Source: Cenococcum geophilum
Lineage: Eukaryota
Direction of reading: 5' to 3'
Assembly: GCA_050273025.1 (NCBI GenBank)
Contig: CP158635.1
Span: 496,001-560,000 of the forward strand
Length of the DNA: 64,000 nucleotides
Both the position numbers and the translations under genes were made by a program. The notes below the pieces were generated by a model. That model was not told the origin of the DNA, made no database searches, and worked only from the letters and a program-made list of their open reading frames with translations. The number at the start of each line of letters is the position of its first letter. The first letter of the stretch is position 1. Positions 1-12,800 of the stretch are shown piece after piece.

Positions 1-2
1 CT

Positions 3-2471
3 GTTAAAACTGAAGAGGAATCTGCACTAGAGCCAGTTACTCTGGTGCCTCTACTATTACCTTTTAAGGAGGTTAAAGGCTTAAACATAAGAATACTGCG
101 TAGCTCATTTCTGTTTAAAGGTAAGGTACCTAAAGCGTAAGGAGAAGACTCCGAATCTAATAAATCTACGTCTTTAGAGGATGACTTCGTTGCTGGCTCC
201 CTATAGAAATGCAGGGCTGGAAAAGCTTCTAAGAAATCCCTAAGAAAGAAGCTAAAGATAGGACCTGCGGAACCTCTAGCTTCTAGTAGAGCTAATAGGC
301 AGAAGGGAAAAGCAGCAATAATTACTAAAGGAGAGGTAATTATTAGGAAAGCACAGCTAAAGCGGAAAATGAAATGCTCGTATTATTCTAAAACGCTAGC
401 TGAATTAATTAAGGCCCTTAATTCTAAGAAAGAGCTAGAAGATGGTATCTTTTCTATCTTATACTAATTTATTACGGCCTGGCAGGGAAATGGAACAGAA
501 GTCCGCGCGTTATACCAGATACATCTTTAGAAAATGGTAGGATTATTAGGATTAGATGCCAGCGTTTCTTCTACTAATTTATATTTACAAATCTGCTTAG
601 TCTCTAAGAACTATAATACTATTGACATTCTCCAGACGGCTAAAAGCTCCTATTTCTAGTTTAAAAAGAATAGTCGCCTAAAGTATGCAAACAATAACCT
701 TGAAATTTACGCATATTCTGCTATATAGCCTAGCGATTATCTAGTTAACTACATAGGATTAAGAAAGCTTATATTGGGCTTAAAAGGGGAACTTAAATAG
801 GACCTGCTCGGAATCCACTATGCCGATTTATTTAAATGGTAGGAAGACGTCGGAATTTTAGGCATTTTTAAGGAAGAGTTTAATATATACGCGCACTATT
901 TGCGAAAGACTGCTAGGGAAGAAAAAGATGGTATCCTCCGGACTATGTGTTATTCCTTACTATAATAGGTGGTTCGTATAGATCTAAAGCACTATAGACA
1001 CACCGTGGCTTTACGCACTAATAATGCTACTTGTTTTATTGCATATTTAAGCTACACGCTCCAGTTTCTTAATAGCCATCTTCCTAAAAAACGGAACTTG
1101 GAAATTGATCTTCTTTGGGTACGCGAAGGAGGGCCAAATTCTGGAAACAGCTGGCTTCATTCTTGTGTTTCCTTGATTAAGGAGGGGAGTTAGTTTTATA
1201 CAGAACTTCTACCCGGAATGCATTAGTATATACTAGAATGGGTAGATTTGCTTTAAGAGCGCGGAGAACTTAATAGTAGGGGGCGTTTTAAGAATATGGA
1301 GACGGCCTGGATTAAGGCTAATGCTAAGAAATTCGAGCTTAACTGGATACCCATTGCGTTGAAAACTGAAGAAGTACGGTTTATAAAAGTTACTGTTATA
1401 TAAGGAGCATCTTAAGCAACATTAAGCCGCTTAATTGTTACTTTAGACTTAATTGCAATCCTGCTAAACACTAGGAAATTAGAAATCCCTAGGCTTAAGA
1501 GCTAGTAGGAGGTTATATGGATGAATCTAACTAGTCTTCCCCTGGCATTAACTCCTACTGGCGAACCTATTACTAGTATTCCTCTATATAAATTCCCGGC
1601 CTATATATAACTGTAGGCAAAGAGTGCCCTTTTAAATGCTTTGGTTGGAAGACTTTTATAGAATAATTCTTAAGTAAGGGCAGAACAGCGGGTAATCCTA
1701 GATCCTACCTTAAATAATGAATATGAAGCATTTTGGGAAAGATATAGGGCGCGTGTTGCTGAGGCTGTTTGTGATAGTTTTAAAGAGCTTAAGGAATTTG
1801 AATGAGAGGTATTTAGGGCGAGGTCTTACTTTTTAGTAAAAGAACAAGGCTATAGGCGTCCCGTAGATAACTTAGAATACCCTAAAGACCTAAGTTTAGA
1901 TCTAGAAAACGAGGGTATAACTTCTAGCGCTTCCCTATTAACTAAGTATAGTTCTAAAGGCTATACTAAAGGCGAGGATGGGGCTATTACACCTTAAGGC
2001 GCTGGGACTACCGCTCTGAACCTTGGTCCTAATATCTTCAATAATAAAGTAGTGCCTATAGAGATTGACTGTAAACTAAAGGATCTAAGTAAGCCTAAGG
2101 GAGATGGCCTCCGGGATGCTGCCCCTAAATAATTATTAACGGTTATTAGTACCTTAGAAGACATCAATAAACCAGCAACATTATACCGCCTAACGCCTTT
2201 ACTAATTTCGGAAAGGGGTGCTGCTTTAGGAGAGTAGGTAATTAATTCTAGCGTTCTATAATCTTTTGCGTAGAAGACAATCCAAGCGGAAACGGCTACT
2301 GCTTAGGAAAGAGTGTCTTTAAGCCTTTAGGCTAATGCTGTTAATATATAAGAGGATATAAGTACAGAACTTAAAGCAGAAGGTATTACGGATGGGGATG
2401 ATGCGGAAGAAGCGGAGGCGATAATTGAGGAGGGAGTGTAGGTAGCTTTGGAGAAGTTAGAGGAGCGTTAG
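3..2471 (+). pseudogene. RIP-inactivated accessory ORF (>820 codons) of the LTR element, resembling a PhyH-like 2OG-Fe(II) oxygenase-fold fungal protein family
   Basis: One frame (same as track ORF 969-1193) with scattered RIP-type stops: MCYSLL**VVRID..VALR..IAY.SY, SCVSL..E..TELLPGMH, WIPI, TPTG, YKFPA, NALVGR. No gag/RT/integrase motifs seen. Confidence 0.45.
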
Positions 2472-2564
2472 GCGTTAGGGTGTCTTCTTTTTTAGGGTAT
2501 TTATTACCTACTAAGGGAGATATAAGGAAACGTTGGGGGACAACCTTTTAGGTGGGGGAGGTAA

Positions 2565-2807
2565 TGTGGTGGTGTTAAATGCCCCTCGGTTATTTTGGTT
2601 CGTTTTCTTATCACATATATAAGGCTTAGGGTTATATATTATAAAAGGAGCTTAGGTTTTAACCTTACCTTGCCTTAACTTAATATAATTTCTCCTCTAC
2701 CCTCTATTAATTAACGACTTCTCTAGTATAACTTAAGTTATTCCATTCTTTTATTTATAATGCTTAATTAAGTATTACCTTTTAGTATCGGGCTTTGCCC
2801 TTCTATA
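2565..2807 (+). repeat. 3' LTR (~243 bp)
   Basis: Starts TG after the PPT. End placed at CCCTTCTATA by analogy to the CCCTCCCACA end and ~240 bp length of the related LTRs at 19379 and 52089. Confidence 0.55.
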
Positions 2808-5800
2808 CTGCCTATAACGGCAGTAATATTAATCCGGCTATAAAGCTAAAGCTCCCTATATACTACTATATATATATTAAACAGCTTATTAGTAATAGGG
2901 CTTAGCGGAATATATATAGGGTATAAAAATATTATTAGAATAGCAACAGCTTACCTTCCCTTTATAACCGCGATAATAACTAAAGCCTCTTTCTCTTCCT
3001 TATATCTGGTGTGTTTTAGATATATTATATATTTAGGCTTCGCAAGCTTAATGGGCTATATCTTGCAGACAATAGTACCTAAGTATTACGCAGAGGAGGC
3101 TAGCGCGGGGGTAGGCTTAAAGAGAGTCGCGGTTATACAGCGGATACGGTAGCAACTAATATAGCTTAACTGGTAGTAGCGGTAGATATGGCAGCATTAA
3201 ACAGGGAGTTAATTAATAAAGTTTAACTCTAGCTCGGCGTCGGATTAATACTAGAAATCCTAAATATCGCATCTATACCCTATAAAGAAGGGTATAGTAT
3301 ATAATTATATTTAAGACCGGCCATACGCAGCTCTTGCTATAGACTTTCAGATAGTAGATCTGCGTGCTCCTATTCGTTTATATAGTTGTTAAGGTATTCG
3401 CACGTGATAATTAGGTGGAATTGATATGCTATTTAATATAGCATAGTATATAGAACGGCAATAGTGTAATATATTAAAAATAGAGCAGATCTACTAATAG
3501 CTATAGGTATTGCTGATGTCTAAGTCTATGTCTAAAGTCTCTTAAGGATATAATTCTTTTTAGCATTTAGATTTGCCCCCTTCTTATTATATATTTCACG
3601 TTTGGGCGTTCTTAACTAAAGGGAGTTATTATAGTGACTATAGTAGGAGTCTTAATTAGTATTTACAGTAATTAAAGCGTTAGGCTCGGCGAAATACTTA
3701 TATAGTGTTTCCTTAATACACTCGTAATTGTTATATAGCTGGAAAAACTCATCTCTTATCTCTATACGCTTTTACTTATCTTCCTTTTTACCTCCCCGCT
3801 TTAACTAGATGGTGTTACTAGCTAATAAGTCGTCCGAGTTTATAGAATTAACTGACGGTGATTGGGATCCACGTGATGGTAATAGTTAAGAGGTAGAAGA
3901 AGGGTAGGATAATAGTGCGTAGGACTGTCGCTGTTGGTGAGCATTTAAACGGTATACTGCCTTTAGCTTTAGCTGTGGGAGTAGGTCTCGTTCGCCAAAG
4001 CACTAGTGTTTAAATAGAAAGATTACTTTAGCCCTTCTACTATTGCGACTAGCTCGACCACCACGCTATAAAAGAGGAGAGAAATGTTGTTTAGGCGCCG
4101 GTATTATATATATAACCGCTCTACGGACATCTAAAAGATTAACACTAAGCCTAATAGCCTTTATGGCAAAAATAATTTAAATCTTAGAAGATTCTGCCGG
4201 TTTCCTAAACTTATCTAGAATTAACTTCTTGCTAAATAATGAGGTTGTTCAATAGAATATGGCCATGATTAAGCGGGTGATATTCTTAGTATATTAAGCT
4301 AGATATAGCTGCTGTAGGTACTTAGATATACTTCTATACGCCTCTATAACTTAGGCTCTGGTGTTAAAGAATATAATAGTCTTTAGAATCTTATGCGGAG
4401 TAGCTAAGCGGCTCCCTCCCTAAAAGACGGCAGGATTAATATATGTTTTAATAGTTGGAGGATTAATAGCCTTATTAAGAAGGAAGCGGAGCGAGGTGTA
4501 TTTAGTAATTATATCCTTTAGTATTTAGCTAAGATGAAAAATAAGCTCTCTACGGGAAATAGAAGTCTGCTTAAGGTGTATGTTAGTATTATTAAAGCCT
4601 AAGGACTTCTTTACCGTTTCTAATGTTTCTGGATTAAAAGTTGTAGAATAGGTAAACCACGGAACTAAGCTTCTAATTAGATTGCGTATATAGCGTAGCT
4701 GCGCATACTTAGGGCGAAACTTCTTACCCCATTGTATAATAAGATAAGCTTTATTAACAACGACCAAGGCCAATTGCTTCTTAAACTTAGGGTCTTTAAG
4801 TAGATCTCGGAAAGATGGTGTACTGGCAAGCTTAGGACTAATGAAGATATAGGTATATAGGCCGGATCTTATATTCTTAAGCGCTTTATCTATATCCTTA
4901 ACGTTAGCGTTAAGGAGCAGCGCATTACTACTAATCTGATTAACCTTTTAAACTTGCTCTTTTGCAATCTTGTTTAGAGGAAGAAATATTAGCAATATAG
5001 TATTTTTATAAAGGATTCAAATTACTTATATAATAAGGCTTTTACTAAAGCTGGTTTGTGCAATAAGGATAACGTTAATGCAATTATAGATCAGCCTCCG
5101 AATATAGGTTACCTGCTTATTTTTTGCATAGAATTCGTCGCCGTATAGCAGTAATATAGTACCTTGAATTGCGTTATCTCGTGCTTAAGTTGTTGTATTG
5201 GGCTTTTTCTTGTCTTGGATTTTTCTCTAAGCTCTAGCTATGCGCATCTTTAGTGTATTCTAACTGGCCAAGCTAGTAGAGAGTTAAGATGTTTATAGAT
5301 CTATCCGCAGTAACTAAGGGGCTTTGTTATCTGCTACCAGTGACTAAGACGCCTTGTTATTAGAGCGTTGCTTTTTAAAGACGTTTACTGCACTAATAGT
5401 ATTATTTACTACCTCGCTAGTAGTACGAGGATAGTTGCGTACTATACTGGGCGTATGTCTAGCTCTTAGCCTCCTCATTGAGGCCTTTAATTGTTTCTTT
5501 ATACCAAACGGCGCTATGTAGCTTATTGGTAAATATAGAGTTAATACAGGGTTTATAGGTTAATGTTTGGGTAGTACAGGTAGCGGAGGAGCAATAAAGC
5601 AGGTAATAAGGTATAGAATTAATCTAGATACAATATATTAGCTATTTGGGTGTTTATCTACTATAAATATTAATATAGGAGGTCAAACGTTAAGGATTGG
5701 TGATAGTTAATAGCTCTGGCTGAATATTTACTATTTTGGCGGTAATATTTGAGGCGAAACGTAGCGGTAACCACTAGGCCGTTCGCAATAATTTTGGCAG

Positions 5801-6043
5801 CGTTAGAATCGCCCTACAAAGTTCTAGAACGTAACATTTGCTAATTATTTATAAAGATGTTGGTTTGTTGTTAATTGGTAGCTAAAAAAATAGTATAGCG
5901 CGTGAGTTTGTATAAGAATTATATATAAATCGGCGCAAGGGACTAATAAATTTCCGAACCGTGTACCAGACGACAATAATATAAGATAATTAATCTGTCA
6001 TGTAAGCAGCTTATAATTGGCTGATTGTCTAGGACTGAGATAA
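2808..6043 (-). mobile_element. One end of an AcademH-like DNA transposon (RecQ-bearing), interrupted on the left by the LTR element
   Basis: Ends in CTGAGATAA (6035-6043), identical to the terminus of the complete element at 57171-57179. It has the subterminal TTGGCTGATTG motif and an inward-pointing RecQ gene. Confidence 0.7.
2930..5480 (-). pseudogene. RIP-degenerate RecQ-family (SF2) helicase; ends approximate
   Basis: Motif I LIAQTSFSKSL (from TGFGKS); motif II LVVVNKAYLIIQWGKKFRPKY (from DEAH..WG..FRP.Y, track ORF 4525-4773); motif V AIKAIRLSVNLLDVRR; motif VI *RGGRASR. Confidence 0.85.
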
Positions 6044-6389
6044 ACATTCATCCCATATATCTAAGATTAGTAAGTGCTTACTAAGTCCCGCACGGGCCAC
6101 TATCGCAAGCGCGGAAGAACTTTAAAAAAGCATATTTTTACCGCAACTTACGCTATAGAGTATCTACACAACCACCTAGTAAATAGACTAGTCTAGGAAG
6201 CGGAATTAATGGCTTATTATATAAACTAAATATCCTAAATAGCTTATAAAAGTACACGTTAGTACTAGGCTAAAAGATATAACGCTAAAGTCGGACAACT
6301 TAACAGTAAGTTTTTTAAAGATTTTTACTATAAAGTTGCTCCTAATCTATACCTTATAAAGCCTATATTAACTTCCTACTACATAATAT

Positions 6390-9300
6390 AGCTAATAGCT
6401 CTTTATTTAATATTAATGCGACTCTTCCTGACCTTAATAAGCTCCTACGGCGTTGCCCTACTATCTATCCTACCTCTACTGCCCTAGTACAAAAACCTAG
6501 TAATCGCTAGAGCAACCCTATTAAAGTCCTTAATACTCCACCCCCCCTTTACCAGGTTATTTTAACTACTTAGCGTAAGGTTCCTTAGGCTTCTTAGGCT
6601 CCGTTAACTCTATCTTAGCTTTACTAGCCATAGTATATAGATATAAAGAGCTTAGCGCAGGCCTCTATATAGGAGTTATTCTCTCCTCTACCCCCTAGCC
6701 CTTATAAATATTGCGCTGCTTTAGTATAAGATATAAATAATCCTCTTCTACTGTAGCTTTAATCGCTATCGCTAGAAGTTAAGATTTAATATTTAGAGTA
6801 GTAGCTGAACCCCTAGTTGCACTAGGACCTAGCTCTAGTAGTAAAAAAGGTAGTTAACTCTATGCCCGCCTACCACCTTCTAGAGCTATATAAGGGTAAG
6901 ATCTTTAAGGATACTAATGCCGCGTTTAACTAATACTAGGACTACGCTTTTAGTAAAGGCTTTTTTATTATTATACTGTCCTCTAGTAATAAAACTGGCC
7001 TATAGCCACACTATATCTTTAGCTATAAATACTATAGTAAGCATACCTAGAATTACCGTAAGTTAGATAACTTTTGTGGTAAGAATAGTAACTAGTAGTA
7101 AGAGGCCACTAAGGTATACTAAAAGAACTATGGCTAGTGTACTCGGGTGGCCTAAAAGAAGCTCCCTAGTTATATAGGTAATATTAAAGAATAAGTAGCA
7201 AGTATTACGCGTGCTAAGTACTCTAATCTAGATACTCTAGAGGCTCTAGAACACAATTTTATTATAAATCCCCTTACTTATATTAGCTACTAGGATTAAC
7301 TACTAAAGGCTAAAGAGGCAGCCGCAGAAGCCTACACTCTTAGGGCAACTTAAAAGACCTATTTTACTATATAGCGTTAGCTTTCTACCTAAGAGTTATA
7401 TATAAGTAAGAAGAAATACTATAGCTTAATATAATCGTTAAGCGGCCTTCCTAGTAGAGCTAAGGGTTAGCCGCGAGCGCTTAGCGCGCTTAAGCTACTT
7501 CTCTACTAGTATAGATTTAAGTACTAGTCTTAATATACCTATATAATTAATCTAGAATTAGGTTGTTTAATTGCCTAGAGTCTCTAGCAGCTTATATTCT
7601 AGCTTTTTATCTAAGTAGATTTAGTGCAGAGGTTTATTACTAACTTTAGCTACTAAATAGATGCTATATTTAATACCAATTAATCTAAGCTCCTATTAGC
7701 TATTATTACTAGCGTTACTAATATAGGGTCCTCTTTTCTAGTAATATAGTTATTTATTAAGAGTAAGTCTTAGCTAGATTAGACCTTTTTACTAAAGTCT
7801 ACTTAGTAGAAACTTTGGAAACGGCCACCTAAAGTTATTATTGCTAATTTTAGTAAGGGCCTTACAGCCGCCTTATTAGTAGGGCAGTTAATTATAGTTA
7901 TTTTTTAATACTGCTAGTAGTATATTATAAAGGCAATAAAGAAGCGGATTAATAAGGGGATCTAGATAAAGGTTAAGAGGCTATATAGCTACTTAGTAGA
8001 AGAGAGGAAGGTAGTAAAGGAACTATTTTAGCCCTACCTAAAATCTAAAACGGTAGCAGAGCTTAAAGTTAATTAAAAGGCAATTCTAAATAAGCTACAC
8101 CCGTATAATAAGGTATAGTTTTAGACTATATACGTTAAAAAGGAAAGCTAGATAATTACCTACTATATTAGGTAAGTTTTATTTTAAGCCAGAGAGTAAG
8201 ATACTTAGAGGTATCCTAAAAATAAGTTTTACTATAGCCGGCCTATAGTAAAGCTTATTTCTAAAATACCTTTAAGTATCCTACTCTCCAGCTTAAAAAC
8301 CTTATTTTAATATTAACTCTTCCTTAACCAACCGCTTACTCCCTTACTAAATACCTTCTAAATTTAGATATAGCGGTAAGCTAATAAGGCGAGAGTATTA
8401 ATAGAGGATTAAAATGCTTTACTAATTATTAATTAAGCCTTAACAATGCTATAATTAAGCTAAAGAAGTGGATTTTAATATTATATAAGGAGTTAATTAA
8501 ATCCGAATATACGTCCGAAATAACCCTCCCCTAAATTATTACCCTAGACCTCTTTTAACACTACTTCATATAGGTTAATAGTATAGTAATATACTACGCG
8601 CTTTAGTAAATCTTTAACTCTATATATAGCGCAAGAGCTTTAATAAATAAGGAAAAGTAAAAGTAGGCTAATTAGGAGTAAAAGCAAGACAACTATAACT
8701 ACAAGGACCCCTACTAATATAGCCTCCCCTATTATTATATACTTATTTAATACTTAATATAAAAGCTTCCTATATCACCGGCTTTAATCTACTCTTACTA
8801 GTATATTATAATAAAGCTAATTACTACTCTAGATTGGTAGCCGTAATATATTAAGGATATAGCATTTTAGGACGACCCTCTACTAGGGCACCCAAAAGCT
8901 CTTACTAGGATCCAGCTATTAGTTCTTCGCCTTTTTAATATTATTAAGGACCTTCCTACTAAAGAAATAGGCGAGCTTGCTAATAAATTTAAAGACTTTA
9001 AGGTAGCCTAAATAGCTATTTTAATTAGATAGGTAGAGCTTTAATTACTACCTAAGGGCGCTCTATTTAAGGTTCCTTAAAAGGCTTACTAGTAGCTATT
9101 ACCTAAAAAGAAGTATAATAAGGCTAACTAGCGGGGTAAAATAAGTGCTAAAATTGCTAAATATGCTGCTAATATAGCCAAGCAAGAACTTTAAAAGAAA
9201 AGGTAGGAGGAGGCCTAAAAGTAGAAGGAGAAGGTAGAGTCTAGACCTACTTAACTAAGTAGTAGTATAGATCTTAGCTATTTTCTAATCTAAAATAAAG

Positions 9301-9650
9301 AACCGGCTAACGAAGTAGATAAGAATATTAAGGAGAATAAGGAGCAACTGTTTAATAAGCCGTTGGTGCTATATAATAAAGTTTTAGGGGGGTTAAAGAA
9401 TAAGGTAGTTATTTTAGAAGCGGGGGAAAATAATAATTTATAGCTTAATAACGCGGAAGTACTCTAAGGTACTATATTAGACAACCCTTACCAAAATATT
9501 AGTAAGAAGAAGCCTATTAGAAACCATTTAGTATCTAATAATTATTAAAAGCCGCTACCTTTCCTACTCTATTAATCTAGTAAAGTGGTATATACTAGAG
9601 CTTAAAGGACCTATACTTAATTAGCCTATAGTAATTTTATATTAATCTTA
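6390..9650 (+). pseudogene. RIP-degenerate MULE DDE transposase; ends approximate
   Basis: IDAIFNTN*SKLLLAIITSVTNIGSSFLV (from IDATFNTN..KLPL...GVTNTG.SFP) at ~7657-7745; KVIIANFSKGL (from VIIADFGKGL) at ~7830-7865. Confidence 0.85.
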
Positions 9651-9653
9651 AGT

Positions 9654-9869
9654 TTACGGCAGCAGTGGTTCCCAAGGAGGTCAAACAGTAAGGTAGTAGA
9701 GCACCATAGGCGACTCGCAGGCGCTAAGCAGGCGAGTCCCAAAAGGCGGGGAGATAGATCACGGGGTTTTCTCATTTTTCTTAAATAGAGTTTTCTCCCC
9801 ACATGTAAATAAGGAGTAGTCCGCGTGGGCCCAATAGGGATCCGAATCGGACGTTAAGCAATGAATTAT
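9654..9869 (+). mobile_element. 5'-truncated non-LTR (LINE, probably Tad1-like) 3' fragment inserted in MULE copy 1
   Basis: 14-bp TSD TATTAATCTTAAGT (9640-9653 and 9870-9883), short ATT tail, and absent from the matching site in copy 2 (~10565-10580). Confidence 0.8.
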
Positions 9870-12800
9870 TATTAATCTTAAGTAATACTAATAAGGGTCC
9901 TAGTAATACCAAGCCAAAAGAGATTATTATTTTATTAAAATTAAAGTAACTATAATAGGGAGCTTCTATAGACGCGTATAAGGCTTATAAAGCTAGTATA
10001 CTTCTTATTAGGTCCCCTTAGGCTAAGCAAACGCGTAATAATAAAAAGGGAAAAAATCCTATTAAAATAGACGGCTAAATATTAGAGTATTATATATATA
10101 AATAGTGCTTTGTTATTTAAATCAAGTTCGCAATAGCAGCCCGTATAGGACTTAGTAAGCGCTTACTAATCTTAGATATATAGGATAAATATGCCCAGAG
10201 ACTGCCCGAAACTCTACACCGCCCCTAAAATTCAATGCGGGCAGTTTCTAGGCACATTTATCCTACACATCTAAGATTAGTAAGCGCTTACTAAGTCCCG
10301 CACGGGCCGCTATTATAAACTTAATTTAAATAATAAAGCACTATTTACATATATAATACTCTAATATTCGGCCGTCTATTTTAATAGAATCTTTTCCCTT
10401 TTTATTACCATGCGTTTACTTAGCCTAAGGGGATCTAATAGGAAGTATGCTAGCTTTATAAGCCTTATACGCGTCTATAGAAGCTCCCTATTATAGTCAC
10501 TTTAATTTTAACGGAATAATAATCTCTTTTAGCTTGGTATTACTAGGACCCTTATTAGTATTACTTAAGATTAATATAAAATTATTATAGGCTAATTAAG
10601 TATAGGTCCTTTAAGCTCTAGTATATACTACTTTACTAGATTAATAAAGTAGAAGAGGTAGCGGCTTTTAATAATTATTAGATGCCAAATAGTTCCTAAT
10701 AGGCTCCTTCTTACTAATATTTTAGTAAGGGTCGTCTAATATAGTACCTTAGAGTACTTCCGCGTTATTAAGCTATAAATTATTATCCTCTTCTACTTCT
10801 AAAATAACTACCTTATCCTCTAACCCCCCTAAAACTTTATTATATAGCACTAACGGCTTATTAAATAGTTACTCCTTATCCTCCTTAATATCCTTATCTA
10901 CTTTATTAGCTAATTCTTTATTTTAGATTAAAAAATAGCTAAGATCTATATTACTACTTAGTTAAGTAGGTCTAGACTCTACCTTCTCCTTTTACTTTTA
11001 GGCCTCCTCCTACCTTTCCTTTTAGAGTTCTTACTTAGCTATATTAGCAGCATATTTAGCAATCTCAGCACTTATTTTACCCCGCTAGTTAGCTTTACCG
11101 TACTTCTTTTTAGGTAATAGCTACTAGTAAGCCTTTTAAGAAACCTTAAATAGAGCGCCCTTAGGTAATAATTAAAGCTCTACCTATCTAATTAAAATAG
11201 CCATTTAGGCTACCTTAAAGTCTTTAAATTTATTAGTAAGCTCGCCCATTTCTTTAATAGGAAGGTCCTTAATAATATTAAAAAGGCAGAGAACTAATAG
11301 CCGGATCCTAGTAAGAGCTTCTAGGTACCCTAGTAAAGGGTTGCCCTAAAATACTATATCCTTAATATATTACGGCTGCTAATTTAGAGCGGTAATTAGC
11401 TTTATTATAATATACTAGTAAGGGTAGATTAAAGCCGGCAATATAGGAAGCTTTTATATTAAGTACTAAATAAGCATATAATAATAGGGGAGGCTATATT
11501 AGTAGGGGTCCTTATAGTTATAGTCATCTTACTTTTACTTCTAATTAGCCTACTCCTGCTTTTTCTTATTTGTTAAAGCTCTTATACTATATATAGAGTT
11601 AAAGATTCGCTAAAGCGCGTAGTATATTACTATACCGTTAACCTACATAAAGTGGTGTTAAAAGAGGTCTAGGGTAATAATTTAGGGGAGGGTTATTTTA
11701 GACGTATATTTGGATTTAATTAACTCCTTATATAATATTAAAATCCACCTCTTTAGCTTAATTATAGCATTGTTAAGGCTTAATTAATAATTAGTAAAGC
11801 ATTTTAATCCTCCATTAATACCCTCACCTTATTAGCTTACCACTATATCTAAATTTAGAAGGTATCTAGTAAGGAAATAAGCGGTTAGTTAAGAAAGAGT
11901 TAATATTAAAATAAGGTTTTTAAGCTAAAAAGTAGGATACTTAAAGGCATTTTAGAAATAAGCTTTACTATAGGCCGGCTATAGTAAAACTTATTTCTAG
12001 GATGCCTCTAAGCATCCTACTCTCTAGCTTAAAATAAAACTTATTTAATATAGCAGGTAATTATCTAGCTCTCCTTTTTAATATATATAGTCTAAAACCA
12101 TACCTTATTATATAGGTATAGCTTATCTAGAACTGCCTTTTAATTAACTTTAAGCTCTACTACCGTTTTAGATTTTAGGTAGGGCTAAAATAATTTCTTT
12201 ACTACCTTCCTCTCTTCCACTAAGTAGCTATATAGCCTCTTAACCTTTATTTAAATCCCCTTATTAATCTACTTCTTTATTACCTTTATAGTATACCACT
12301 GACAATACTAGAGAATAATTATAATTAACTACCCTACTAATAAGGCGGCTGCAAGGCCCTTACCAAAATCAATAATAATAACTTTAGGTAGCCGTTTCTA
12401 AAGTTTCTACTAAGTAGACTTTAGTAAAAAGGTCTAATCTAGCTAAGACTTGCTCTTAATAAATGACTATATTACTAGAAAAGAGGACCCTATATTAGTA
12501 ACGCTAGTAATAATAGCTAATAGGAGCTTAGATTGATTGGTATTAAATATAGCATCTATTTAGTAGCTAAAGTTAGTAATAAACCTCTGCGCTAAATCTA
12601 CCTAGATAAAAAGCCAGAATATAAGCTGCTAGAGACTCCAGGCAATTAGATAACCTAATTTTAGATTAATTATATAGGTATATTAAGACCAGTACTTAAA
12701 TCTATACTAGTAGAGAAGTAGCTTAAGCGCGCTAAGCGCTCGCGGCTAACCCTTAGCTCTACTAGGAAGGCCGCTTAATAATCACATTAAGCTATAGTAT

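Larger units (their letters stand above)
1..2807 (+). mobile_element. 3' part of a Gypsy-type LTR retrotransposon (extra ORF, PPT, 3' LTR); 5' part lies outside the window
   Basis: Polypurine tract GGTGGGGGAGG at 2551-2561 directly followed by TGTGGTGGTG (2565). The LTR at 19379-19620 starts the same way on the minus strand, and the same PPT occurs at ~16640 on the minus strand. Confidence 0.7.
6044..10208 (+). mobile_element. Mutator-like (MULE) DNA transposon, copy 1; the outer ~16 bp of its 5' TIR are displaced by the Academ insertion
   Basis: TIR (CGGGCAGTCTCCGGGC)ACATTCATCCC..GATTAGTAAG.GCTTACTAAGTCCCGCACGGG at 6044 and inverted at ~10140-10208; internal MULE transposase motifs. Confidence 0.9.

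Noticed and set aside
2930..5480. Telomere-linked helicase or host SGS1 orthologue
   Set aside because: No telomere repeats in the window; the gene is RIPed and lies next to an Academ-type terminus, like the second RecQ.
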